64,000 nucleotides of DNA from Ilyobacter polytropus. GTDB lineage: Bacteria; Fusobacteriota; Fusobacteriia; Fusobacteriales; Fusobacteriaceae. The DNA lies in contig QKCP01000051.1 in NCBI GenBank assembly GCA_003246855.1, positions 36,095 to 100,094 of the forward strand, given 5' to 3'. Made by a program: the position numbers and the translations under genes. The notes beneath the pieces were generated by a model that saw only the letters and a list, made by a program, of their open reading frames with translations, was not told the DNA's origin and did no database searches. Of the stretch, positions 11,098 through 20,281 are shown in pieces (within the stretch, counting starts at the first letter, position 1; each line of letters starts with the position of its first letter).

Positions 11098-13011
11098 TTA
11101 CTTTGCAAACCTTTTCCTTTTGCTTAAAAGTATCATATCTCTTAAATAATTTTCGTTTTTTGCAGCCATCCATTTTTCCTCAAAATCATCCTCTCTTGTC
11201 AAGGCAGCAATGGACGCCAAAGTCATTAGGTGAGTTTTCCTTACTCCACTACTGCTTATAAAAAGAAATACTGCCTTTATCGATTTCTTTTTCTCGTTGA
11301 ACCTTATCCCTTGTTTGCACCGAATAACAACCAGATTAAACAATTCTTCCTCATCAAGAACTATGTGCGGTATTGCTGTAAACTCAGTAATAGCAGTAGA
11401 GCTCTCCCTCTCCCTTTCATTAAAGAGTTGTATCAACCTGTCTCTCGCTATATTTAAAGTATTCTCTAGCCTCTCCGCTTCTATTTCAAATAGCTCATCT
11501 AAAGTAAGTGGACCCTGTAAATCTAAGATGACCGCATTTTTGACCAATTTATCAAATTCATCCAACTCCACACTGTCTCTTTCATGAATTATATCCCTTA
11601 ACTCAGATTCCAAGTCATGCTCTAGCTTAAGATTCTCCGTAACTCTTAAGAGCAGGTGCAAAAGGGCATACTCCTGGCTTGCATTTTTCTTACCATAGTT
11701 GAAATATATGACAATACTTAAGAAAATTAGGGCCAAATTGGTTTCTATCGCAGTATACCCCAATTTGTTTATAAAGTAAGTAAAAATTACAACTATGCAG
11801 ACTTGAACCCAAGGATAGAAAGGTGCTTTAAATGTGGGTTTATAATTTACCACATTGCTCTCTCTCAAGATTATCACCGATAAATTAGTAAGTATATAAG
11901 TCATTAAAATAACTGCAGAAGCAGTTTTCGCAAGTGTCTCAAGTGGCAGTGTCAAAGAAAAAGTGATGAACCCTCCTGTGAGAATTATGGATATCACCGG
12001 TGTCTTAAATCTTTTGCTCACCTTGCTTACTATTTCTGGTAACAAACCGTCCCTGCTAAGTGCCAGAGGGTACCTCGACGCTGCCATTATCCCAGCATTT
12101 GCAGTAGATATGAATGCCAGCATCGCAGCTATTGTTATAGCAATATAACCCGGCGTCCCGGCAATGTTTCTGGCAGCATCAGCTATAGGTGTAAGCGATG
12201 CTGCCAGCTTTTCTCCCTCTACACTCCCTATAGTAACAAAAAGCACCAAAACATAAAGTATACAGATGCTGATTATAGAGCTTATAAGACCATAAACTAT
12301 GTTTATATGGGTATCTTTCACTTCCTCCGATACGCTTGCAGCCTTTAATAGACCCCCGAAAGATACAAAGATAAAGGCTGTCGTAGCAACCACGATCCTG
12401 AATTCCGACCCAGAAAAGCTGACTATTCCTCCCAAACTTTTTGCAATTCCATTTGAAATCTCAAATTCTTGAAAAAAAGGAGAGAAATGCCCTAATTTAA
12501 TTTTAAAAATCCCTATACCTATATACAAAATCATTAAACTTATTAGGGCTGCTACAATTATTATTTCAAATTTACTGGCTACCTCCACCCCGATTATATT
12601 CAAAGCCACAAAAAAAATTGTAATAATCACAGATATCACGGCTATCTTACTTGGGTCAAAGCTGCCATATAACAATCCAACAATAACACCAGACATACCA
12701 TATATAGCAAAAGCAGATTTTAATGAGATGGCAAACCAACTTAAAATTCCAGATATAGTCCCAACCAGCGGCCCAAGTGTCCTCTCTACAAAAAAATAAT
12801 CTCCACCCGCCTTCGGCATTGCCGTTGTGAGCTCTATTATAGACAGTATACCCAAAAGAGCTATTATGCCTCCCAAAAAATAGGACAAAATTATACTAGG
12901 CCCTGCCTTGCTAAAGGCTATCCCAGGCAAAACAAATATCCCCGAACTTATCATTGCCCCTGAAGCTATGCTGTAAACATCCCAAAACCCAAGTTCTCTT
13001 TTCAATTTCAT
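11098..13011 (-). CDS. APC-superfamily amino-acid permease fused to a C-terminal PTS EIIA type-2-like domain
   Basis: The N-terminal ~440 aa are polytopic (IASGAMISSGIFVLPG, MPKAGGDYFF). The C-terminal ~150 aa carry ERERESSTAITEFTAIPH ... SIKAVFLFISS ... THLMTLASIA, matching the EIIA-2 layout. Confidence 0.8.
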   Translation of the reverse strand: MKLKRELGFWDVYSIASGAMISSGIFVLPGIAFSKAGPSIILSYFLGGIIALLGILSIIELTTAMPKAGGDYFFVERTLGPLVGTISGILSWFAISLKSAFAIYGMSGVIVGLLYGSFDPSKIAVISVIITIFFVALNIIGVEVASKFEIIIVAALISLMILYIGIGIFKIKLGHFSPFFQEFEISNGIAKSLGGIVSFSGSEFRIVVATTAFIFVSFGGLLKAASVSEEVKDTHINIVYGLISSIISICILYVLVLFVTIGSVEGEKLAASLTPIADAARNIAGTPGYIAITIAAMLAFISTANAGIMAASRYPLALSRDGLLPEIVSKVSKRFKTPVISIILTGGFITFSLTLPLETLAKTASAVILMTYILTNLSVIILRESNVVNYKPTFKAPFYPWVQVCIVVIFTYFINKLGYTAIETNLALIFLSIVIYFNYGKKNASQEYALLHLLLRVTENLKLEHDLESELRDIIHERDSVELDEFDKLVKNAVILDLQGPLTLDELFEIEAERLENTLNIARDRLIQLFNERERESSTAITEFTAIPHIVLDEEELFNLVVIRCKQGIRFNEKKKSIKAVFLFISSSGVRKTHLMTLASIAALTREDDFEEKWMAAKNENYLRDMILLSKRKRFAK

Positions 13012-13098
13012 ATATATTCACCGCCAATTCAAATAAATCACGTTTATTTAAAATATTCAAAATTAAAGCGGCATATCCTTTAAAGCATCTGTGCTAAA

Positions 13099-13368
13099 TT
13101 AGCCGATACTTTTTTTAGCCCTCTCCATAATAAGTCCCATCTTACTCAAAACATGATTATAACCACTTTCCTTGATATGTGGAAGGAGGCACTTTGAGCA
13201 ATTCTTTATCCCCTTTTCATTATAGGAATAATCCCCACCACAATCTTTCCCGAGCATATAAAGCGGACAAAAACAGAATAAGCAATTGAATATTTCCTTA
13301 TCTCCTATTTCATGACACGGAAAATACTCGCAAATTCTGTTCTGCACAAACTTATAGTTATCCCCCAT
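13099..13368 (-). CDS. Cysteine-rich small metal-binding domain protein
   Basis: ICEYFPCH...CLFCFCPLY...DCGG...CSKCLLPH. Start moved to the Met preceded by GGAGG (ATG at 13368). Confidence 0.6.
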   Translation of the reverse strand: MGDNYKFVQNRICEYFPCHEIGDKEIFNCLFCFCPLYMLGKDCGGDYSYNEKGIKNCSKCLLPHIKESGYNHVLSKMGLIMERAKKSIG

Positions 13369-13393
13369 TTGAACCTCCATAAAATCATTCTAT

Positions 13394-14434
13394 CTAATCT
13401 ATGTGTATATGCCTTTCTAAAAGGCTTTTTTCAGCCAATTTTTTCAACTTTTCTATCTGCTCTTCTTTTCCCATAACCAAAAGTTTACTGCCAGACGTAA
13501 GAAGCGTGTTTGACATAGGGTTTAATTTGAAATCGTCCTCTTTTTCTACGCCTATAACAACTAGGTTTGTCTTTTGTGGTATCCTGGCTTCTCTGAGAGT
13601 TGTATTGTGCAGCTCACTCCTCTCATTTATCATTATAAACTCCAGCCTCAGACCATCAAGTTGGGATTTTTTGCTCACTATATCCACAAAACTAACCAGG
13701 TTTGGCTCTGTTGCGGTTGAAAATATTCTCTCAGCCGCTATGTCCAGTGTCGATATAGTAAAATCAGCCCCAGCACGCCTTAACTTATAAGAATTTCCGC
13801 TCTCCATTACCTTGGTTATAACTTTTAATTTGCTATTGAGGTCTTTTGCACTAAGCGTTACAAAAAGATTGTCCGCATCTGTTGCCAAAACAGATATCAA
13901 GGTTTTGGCCTTTTTTATCCCCGACTGTGCCAACACCTCATCCTTTGTGGCGTCCCCATGTACAAATAGCATGATGTCTCCATATCTTTCCTTGAGCTCG
14001 TTTATAACCTCGAACTCCCTCTCTATTACCACAAATTCAAGCTTTCTCTCGATAAACTTTTCGATTATCTTGGCTCCTGTATTTCCATAGCCGCATATTA
14101 TGAAGTGACCTTCAAGTTTGGATATCTCCTTTTTCATCTTTACCCCTTTCAAATACTTTTTAAACTCCCCCTCTATTAAAAAGCTGGCTAGGACCCCGAA
14201 GCTGTACACAACAACCGTCATGCCTGAAAATATGAGAAAAATTGTAAACAGCTTTCCTACATCACTGAGTTCCCTTATAACCCCAAATCCCACTGTGGAT
14301 AGGGTTATGGTTGTCATATAAAAAGAGTCTAAAAGGGTATATTTTTCTACATACATGTACCCGAAAACTCCGACTAAAAATATCGCCGTCAGAACTTTTA
14401 AAGCTATTATCAGTTTTCTTATCTGTTTATTCAT
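13394..14434 (-). CDS. Potassium channel with RCK/TrkA-N and TrkA-C domains (MthK-like)
   Basis: Two TM helices flank a TLSTVGFGV selectivity-filter-like motif, followed by a Rossmann-type segment IICGYGNTGAKI. Start placed at the ATG at 14434 (upstream GGGGG); the listed start is TTG. Confidence 0.8.
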   Translation of the reverse strand: MNKQIRKLIIALKVLTAIFLVGVFGYMYVEKYTLLDSFYMTTITLSTVGFGVIRELSDVGKLFTIFLIFSGMTVVVYSFGVLASFLIEGEFKKYLKGVKMKKEISKLEGHFIICGYGNTGAKIIEKFIERKLEFVVIEREFEVINELKERYGDIMLFVHGDATKDEVLAQSGIKKAKTLISVLATDADNLFVTLSAKDLNSKLKVITKVMESGNSYKLRRAGADFTISTLDIAAERIFSTATEPNLVSFVDIVSKKSQLDGLRLEFIMINERSELHNTTLREARIPQKTNLVVIGVEKEDDFKLNPMSNTLLTSGSKLLVMGKEEQIEKLKKLAEKSLLERHIHID

Positions 14435-14453
14435 GATTGCCCCCAAAATCTGC

Positions 14454-15161
14454 TTAAACTGATCTTTTTTCTACTTCTACCAAATGTCTGTAGTACACAA
14501 CCCCGCCTTTATATTCTAAAAGAATAGGATATACCTCCACCCCGCTGTCCATGGCTTCATAAAAAAGTTCTGCAAACTTTGGATCGGTCTCCCACCTGGG
14601 CCTAAAAGTTTTTGAGGCCCTGAGTATTAAAAAATATACTGCAGCCCTGTCCCCCTTATTTTTTATCTCAATAAGCTCCTTAAGGTGTCGTTGCCCCCTT
14701 GTGGTGGGGGCATCTGGAAACATAGCCACGCCATTTTCCGACAACGATACCCCTTTTACCTCTATCCAAATTTTTTCTCCACTCTTTTCCACAAGATAGT
14801 CTATCCTGCTGCTACCATACTTTACTTCTGCTTTTATGAATTCCAACTCTCCCAAAGGGTTTAAGCTCGGCTTCTTTAGAATCTCTTGCGAAATATATCT
14901 GTGATACATGGAATTTACCAAAACGTCCTCAGAGTCTGCATCTGCACTTATAACATCCCATTTAGTTTTTCTTTCTGTATTTTTTGCTTTTTTAAGCTTT
15001 ACCCTGTTGCCAGGGTACAAAAGTTCCTTCAACCTTCCAGGGTCGTGCACATGCACCAATTCTGTTTCTCCAGACTCAAGCTCCACCTCAGCTAAATACC
15101 TGTTTAGTCTTTTTAGAAAAGTGGCCTCTGCATCTATCTGAATTTCATATAATTTTTCCAT
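14454..15161 (-). CDS. sfsA: Sugar fermentation stimulation protein A homolog (SfsA nuclease family)
   Basis: 235 aa with FLKRLNRYLAEVE...VHVHDPGRLKELL...EVKGVSL, as in SfsA. Confidence 0.85.
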   Translation of the reverse strand: MEKLYEIQIDAEATFLKRLNRYLAEVELESGETELVHVHDPGRLKELLYPGNRVKLKKAKNTERKTKWDVISADADSEDVLVNSMYHRYISQEILKKPSLNPLGELEFIKAEVKYGSSRIDYLVEKSGEKIWIEVKGVSLSENGVAMFPDAPTTRGQRHLKELIEIKNKGDRAAVYFLILRASKTFRPRWETDPKFAELFYEAMDSGVEVYPILLEYKGGVVYYRHLVEVEKRSV

Positions 15162-15186
15162 AACCAGTTTTCTCCTTCTGCTTTTT

Positions 15187-15504
15187 CTAATCGGCGCCTT
15201 TCCATTCCTTTTCGTGCTCTAATTCCTCTATCATATCCCCTATCTCAATATCTTCTGGGAATATGAGCCTAAGGGCATTTAAAATTTTTTCCTCTTCACC
15301 TGCTTTTTTCAAAAAATCCTCCATCTCGTATTCACACACAAAATCCTCTTCGTCAGTCATTACTCGTTCAAGGTCTTCCCACTCATTTTTCAGGTGCTTT
15401 TTGTATCTGTCTTTTAATTTCATAAGCTCCGTTTTTTCCAGTTTCTCTTCTAAAAAAAGTTCTATATCATGCCAAGTTATATGACCCTTCCTGATTCTTC
15501 CCAT
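15187..15504 (-). CDS. Hypothetical acidic protein
   Basis: 105-aa ORF, very Glu/Asp/Lys-rich. I recognise no motif. It is tightly spaced with neighbouring minus-strand genes. Confidence 0.45.
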   Translation of the reverse strand: MGRIRKGHITWHDIELFLEEKLEKTELMKLKDRYKKHLKNEWEDLERVMTDEEDFVCEYEMEDFLKKAGEEEKILNALRLIFPEDIEIGDMIEELEHEKEWKGAD

Positions 15505-15519
15505 GCTAAACTCATCCCC

Positions 15520-15873
15520 CTATTTAAGAGGCTTGCCCTTCTTTTTAAAAATCATAAAAAATAAAGCGAATATCAGTAGCAACGGCAATAAAAATAAGAT
15601 CGCCCTGCCTAAAAAGAACAAACCTATAAAAAAGAATATAAAGAACATAGATAAAAATAAGCCTGAAAAAAGAAATAGTGTCATCAAGAATATCCCCATC
15701 AGTATCCCGGAAATTATCACTGCAGATTCTATCCCGGTGACCTCTCTAGAAGTATGCACTACTTCTCCGCCATTATAATCCAATACAATTGTGCTACTAT
15801 ACTCTTTGTTCAGATAGATTAGTAAAAATACAACGGCTATTATTATTAAAGCTATTAAAATATTTCTTCTCAT
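15520..15873 (-). CDS. Hypothetical membrane protein
   Basis: Hydrophobic, with an N-terminal TM and a Phe/Leu-rich C-terminal half. Start taken at the ATG at 15873, downstream of GGAGGTGGG; the listed start is TTG. Confidence 0.45.
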   Translation of the reverse strand: MRRNILIALIIIAVVFLLIYLNKEYSSTIVLDYNGGEVVHTSREVTGIESAVIISGILMGIFLMTLFLFSGLFLSMFFIFFFIGLFFLGRAILFLLPLLLIFALFFMIFKKKGKPLK

Positions 15874-16014
15874 TGATTTATTCCCACCTCCAGCAATATT
15901 CAAAATGAATGCACAAATTAAAAAGGGGCTATCTAGATATGCTATTTTTTCTAAATTTCCCCTTTTATAAATTTATAATTTTACCTACACTTTTCCTCTT
16001 TTATAAGAACAAAT

Positions 16015-16611
16015 TTAATCTATTTCTTGTCTGGCCTCTAAGGACTTGGCTATGGTGGCTATGTCAGCAAACTCTATATTGCCTCCAATAGGGATACCAC
16101 TTGCTATTTTGCTTACCTTCACTCCAAAGGGTTTCAAAAGCTTTGCTAGATACATTGCAGTTGTCTCACCTTCAAGATCAGGATTTAAAGCTAAAATTAC
16201 CTCTTTTATATCCTCGTTCGTTACCCTCTGCAAGAGAGACTTTATGTTCAACTTATCCGGACCTATGCCGTTTAAAGGATCTATCTTCCCATGCAACACG
16301 TGATAGAGCCCCTTGTAATTTCTAGCCTTTTCCAGGGATATTATATCCTTGCTGTCTTCTACAACGCATATAAGGCTTTTATCTCTGAATTCGTCACTGC
16401 AGATCTCGCACTCCTCTTTCTCACTCAAGTTACCGCATACACTGCATCTTTTAATTTTCTCTTTTACATCCCTTACAGACTGTATAAAGCTCTCTATTTC
16501 AAAATCCCCCATCTCCATAACATGAAACGCAAGCCTTGCTGCAGTCTTCCTTCCTATACCTGGAAATTTATTAAATTCGTCTATCATTTTTTCAAGCGAT
16601 TTTGTAGCCAT
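16015..16611 (-). CDS. recR: Recombination protein RecR
   Basis: 198 aa with an HhH N-terminus, the C4 zinc finger CSVCGNLSEKEECEIC and a Toprim region. Confidence 0.95.
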   Translation of the reverse strand: MATKSLEKMIDEFNKFPGIGRKTAARLAFHVMEMGDFEIESFIQSVRDVKEKIKRCSVCGNLSEKEECEICSDEFRDKSLICVVEDSKDIISLEKARNYKGLYHVLHGKIDPLNGIGPDKLNIKSLLQRVTNEDIKEVILALNPDLEGETTAMYLAKLLKPFGVKVSKIASGIPIGGNIEFADIATIAKSLEARQEID

Positions 16612-16713
16612 TTTATCCCTCCTGTAGATGCTATAGAAATATTTTAAACCATTTGCTGTTTTTTTTCAATACAACTCGCTGCATAAATAGTTGTATATTT
16701 ACCTGAAACCATT

Positions 16714-16740
16714 AAAAAATAGGACCTGTGAGCGGTCCTA
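16714..16740 (-). terminator. Intrinsic terminator of msrB, overlapping its stop codon
   Basis: The minus strand reads TAGGACC-GCTCACA-GGTCCTA followed by TTTTTT. Confidence 0.7.
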
Positions 16741-17280
16741 CTCTTCAAATAATTTTTTATATTTACTGTAGCCTTCAACCTCTAGTGCTCCAACTGGTAT
16801 AAACTTTAACGCCGCTGAATTCATACAGTATCTCAAACCTGTAGGTGGTGGTCCATCAGGAAAAACATGCCCTAGATGAGAATTGCCTTTTTTACTTCTT
16901 ACCTCCACCCTTTTTGAAAACAGCGCCCAATCTTCTACATACACAAGGTTGCTTGGTTCAAGGGGTCTGACGAAGCTAGGCCAACCTGTCCCCGATTTAT
17001 ACTTATCTAAAGAGCTGAAAAGCGGTTCCCCTGAAACTATGTCCACATATATCCCTGCTTCCTTATTGTCCCAGTATTCATTTTTAAACGCTGCCTCTGT
17101 TCCGTTTTCTTGGGTTACCTTATATTGTAACGGGGTAAGCTTTTTCTTGAGTTCCTGTTTTATTTCTCTGCTGTTACCCTCTTTGTTTTTCAATATCTCT
17201 TCGTTTAGCCATTTTGCATCAGCTTTATTTGAAAAAATTAATCCACTTAAAAAAATTAAAACGAGTATTTTAAATAACAT
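16738..17280 (-). CDS. msrB: Peptide-methionine (R)-S-oxide reductase MsrB with signal peptide (exported)
   Basis: The SelR domain is present ([26 protein letters not shown]). The N-terminus [22 protein letters not shown] looks like a signal peptide. Confidence 0.9.
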   Translation of the reverse strand: MLFKILVLIFLSGLIFSNKADAKWLNEEILKNKEGNSREIKQELKKKLTPLQYKVTQENGTEAAFKNEYWDNKEAGIYVDIVSGEPLFSSLDKYKSGTGWPSFVRPLEPSNLVYVEDWALFSKRVEVRSKKGNSHLGHVFPDGPPPTGLRYCMNSAALKFIPVGALEVEGYSKYKKLFEE

Positions 17281-17589
17281 CTTCTACACCTCCACAAACC
17301 CTCTTAAATTATTTTATTACAATCCCCAAACTAGAATACATTAATTTTTTTTAATAAAGACTTGAAAGTCTTGCTTGTCATAACCTTAATTCAAGCTATT
17401 GAATTTATTTAAAATTCACAATGAACTGGATTTCTTCCAGTCTTGAATTAACTATGATACAAAATATTAGAAAAAAATATACTGTGCTCAGAAATTCGTG
17501 ATAAAAAATAAACCTGTGGGATTCATCGATTTAAAAATCACTTGGGACTGCCTATTAAAATTGTATAATTTAATAGAGGAGGAGATTTT

Positions 17590-18276
17590 ATGAGTAAACT
17601 TGTCTTTCTTTTATTGACTTTCTTTTTCAAGTTTCTGTGGGCCGAGACGTTTTTATATGAAGAATTTCTCACCCTAAACAATTGGAGGCCACTAAAGTTC
17701 AGAAATATAACTGCCCTTTCACGCTACGAAATCTTAGATGGGGGAATACTCAAGGCTAGCAGCCTGGGAAGTGCTTCGGCAATAATTTACAGAAAAAGCT
17801 TTGATGCTTACAGCTACCCTTTGCTTGAGGTGAGGTGGATGGTGGAGAACATCTACGAAAAAGGTGATGCAACATCTAAATCTGGAGAAGATTTCCCAAT
17901 AAGAATCTATATAATATTTGAGTATTCTCCAGAAAAAAGTACGGCATTGAAAAAACTCAAATACAACTTTATTAAAAAATTCTACGGAGAATACCCTCCA
18001 CACAGCGCTTTAAACTATGTTTGGGCAAGTAAACTTAATAAAGGGAGTATTGTCACAAGTCCTTATTCGGATTCTTCAAAAACCTTTGCGTTACAGAGTG
18101 GGAGTAATAAAGTTGGGGAATGGGTTACCGAGAATAGGAACATCATAGAAGACTATCTCTCTGCCTTTGGGGAATCTCCTCCGAATAATGCTAGCATAGC
18201 TATAATGAGTGACTCCGACAATACTATGGAACAAGCCACCGCTTACATAGATTATATTAAAATATCCGACGACTGA
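17590..18276 (+). CDS. DUF3047-family exported protein
   Basis: Signal peptide, then W..L.F....T.Y...DG.L.A.S..SAS ... PLLEVRWMVEN ... GEDFPIRIYIIF, the pattern I associate with DUF3047. The RBS is GAGGAGG. Confidence 0.6.
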   Translation: MSKLVFLLLTFFFKFLWAETFLYEEFLTLNNWRPLKFRNITALSRYEILDGGILKASSLGSASAIIYRKSFDAYSYPLLEVRWMVENIYEKGDATSKSGEDFPIRIYIIFEYSPEKSTALKKLKYNFIKKFYGEYPPHSALNYVWASKLNKGSIVTSPYSDSSKTFALQSGSNKVGEWVTENRNIIEDYLSAFGESPPNNASIAIMSDSDNTMEQATAYIDYIKISDD

Positions 18277-18380
18277 GACTATTAAAAAATATTATTAATG
18301 TCAGTGTACATACATTGACTAGTATATGTACTTCTAGCGATAAAGATAATAGTTATTCTGGCATTTCTTTACATAAAAAA

Positions 18381-18404
18381 TTTTTGGGGGTATACCCCCA
18401 AAAA
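18381..18404. terminator. Bidirectional intrinsic terminator between DUF3047 gene (+) and ptsI (-)
   Basis: Perfect palindrome TTTTTGGGGGTA/TACCCCCAAAAA between convergent genes. Confidence 0.8.
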
Positions 18405-18414
18405 TTCTTTAAGA

Positions 18415-20133
18415 TTATTTCGATTCCAAAAAATTATTTATCTCCTCTTTTATCTCATCTGCAGTTTCCATCTTCAAAATCCGCTCTACCAGCTTCTCAC
18501 ATTTTCTTTTATCCAGACTCAATATATTTTTTTTTATTTTTGGTATCAAAATAGGTGACATTGAGAATGATTCCAGTCCCATGCCAAGCAATAAAGCTGT
18601 CGCTTTTTCGTCTCCTGAAAGCTCTCCGCACATAGAAATCATTATTTTCTGTTTTTTGGCTTCTCTTATAACTGTATTTATAGCCTCTAATACGGCAGGA
18701 TTATATGGATCGTATAAGTTGAATATATATTCATTCCCCCTGTCTACAGCTAATATATATTGTGTCAGGTCGTTTGTGCCTATTGAAAAAAACTCCACCT
18801 CTTTGGCGAAATTTTTGGCACGCATTACAACAGCAGGCGTCTCAACCAATATACCCACCTTTATATACTCATCAAATAGGACCCCTTCCTGCCTTAACTC
18901 GTCCTTACATTCCTCGATTAACTTTTTTGCCTTTCTAACCTCATCCATTGAAATTACCATAGGAAACATTATCAATACGTTTCCATAGTTTGAAGCTCTT
19001 AAGATTGCTCGAATCTGTGTTTTAAAGGTCTTCAAATCTTTTAGAAATATTCTAAGGGCCCTCATCCCTAAAAATGGGTTATCCTCCTTTGGAAACTCCA
19101 TATATTCAGGAAATTTATCTCCGCCTATATCCAGGGTCCTTATTATTACCGGTTTACCTTCCATCCTCTCTACGACTTTTTTATATGAATTGTACTGCTC
19201 CTCTTCATTAGGAAAGTTCTTTGAATTCATAAATAAAAACTCAGTTCTATACAAGCCTATTCCATCGGCACCATATTTTAAGACCAGATCAATATCATCT
19301 GCACTTTCTACATTTGCCAGTATTCTAACTTCAAATTTATCTTTCGATATCGCTTTTTTCCCCTTTAGTTTATCGAGATTCTCCTGTTCTTTTTTGTACT
19401 TTTGAATCTTTAAACTATACTTCTTGATTTCAGATTCATCCGGATTAACTATAACTTTCCCCTCAATAGCATCGAGTATCAAGGCTTCTCCATTCTTTAC
19501 TTCTCCTCTTAGCTCTATCCCCACTATAAAAGGTATCCCCAAAGATCTTGCCATTATCGAGGCGTGGCTCATTTTCCCACCGTTAAAGCTGACAAAACCG
19601 TCTACTTTTTTTAAATCCATTTTAATAATATCGGAAGGGTCTATGCTATCGCTGACTATTATCGTTCTATTTAGAAGCTCTGGCGTATCCTCTGACTCTA
19701 TTTCCAATATATTATCTATCCATCTCTTGCCTATATCTTTAAGGTCTGCCGCCCTTTCTTTGAAGAATTCATCCTCTATTTGTGACAGCAGGTTGCAGTT
19801 CTCCTCAATGACGCATTTCAAGGCGTATTCGGCAGAAACCATCTCTTTGTCTATATATGAGTGTATCTGATTCAGTATATACTCGTCTTCTAATAGTGTA
19901 ACGTGGCTGTCAAATATCGCAGCCTCATCCTCCCCCATTATCTCAAGAGTTTTCTCTTTAAATTTTAAGAGTTGCTTTTTTGTTTTCTTTTGGGCATTTA
20001 TGAGCCTTTCTTTTTCAGTGTTCTTCCCGAGCATACTATCCTTATTTATAGAGATCTCTTTTTTTTCATATATATGAACTTTAGATATAGCCAAGCCTAC
20101 AGAGGTCACCATTCCCTTGAACACTTTCCCCAT
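18415..20133 (-). CDS. ptsI: Phosphoenolpyruvate-protein phosphotransferase (PTS Enzyme I)
   Basis: 572 aa with the phospho-His region GGKMSHASIMARSLGIP, the PEP-utilizer TIM barrel (SIGTNDLTQY) and CGELSGDE. Confidence 0.95.
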   Translation of the reverse strand: MGKVFKGMVTSVGLAISKVHIYEKKEISINKDSMLGKNTEKERLINAQKKTKKQLLKFKEKTLEIMGEDEAAIFDSHVTLLEDEYILNQIHSYIDKEMVSAEYALKCVIEENCNLLSQIEDEFFKERAADLKDIGKRWIDNILEIESEDTPELLNRTIIVSDSIDPSDIIKMDLKKVDGFVSFNGGKMSHASIMARSLGIPFIVGIELRGEVKNGEALILDAIEGKVIVNPDESEIKKYSLKIQKYKKEQENLDKLKGKKAISKDKFEVRILANVESADDIDLVLKYGADGIGLYRTEFLFMNSKNFPNEEEQYNSYKKVVERMEGKPVIIRTLDIGGDKFPEYMEFPKEDNPFLGMRALRIFLKDLKTFKTQIRAILRASNYGNVLIMFPMVISMDEVRKAKKLIEECKDELRQEGVLFDEYIKVGILVETPAVVMRAKNFAKEVEFFSIGTNDLTQYILAVDRGNEYIFNLYDPYNPAVLEAINTVIREAKKQKIMISMCGELSGDEKATALLLGMGLESFSMSPILIPKIKKNILSLDKRKCEKLVERILKMETADEIKEEINNFLESK

Positions 20134-20168
20134 ATGTACATACCTCCAGCCTAAAAATAATTTTAAAA

Positions 20169-20200
20169 AATAGAAGATACTTGTGTATCTTCTATTTTTT
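20169..20200 (-). terminator. Intrinsic terminator downstream of ppdK
   Basis: Hairpin AATAGAAGATAC-TTGT-GTATCTTCTATT flanked by A and T runs. Confidence 0.7.
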
Positions 20201-20281
20201 ATTGTATGTTAAAACTTTTTAAAATATTTTACTGTCTCTCCTTTCTACTGGTTTAAACTTCAAATCAAATACATGAAAATT

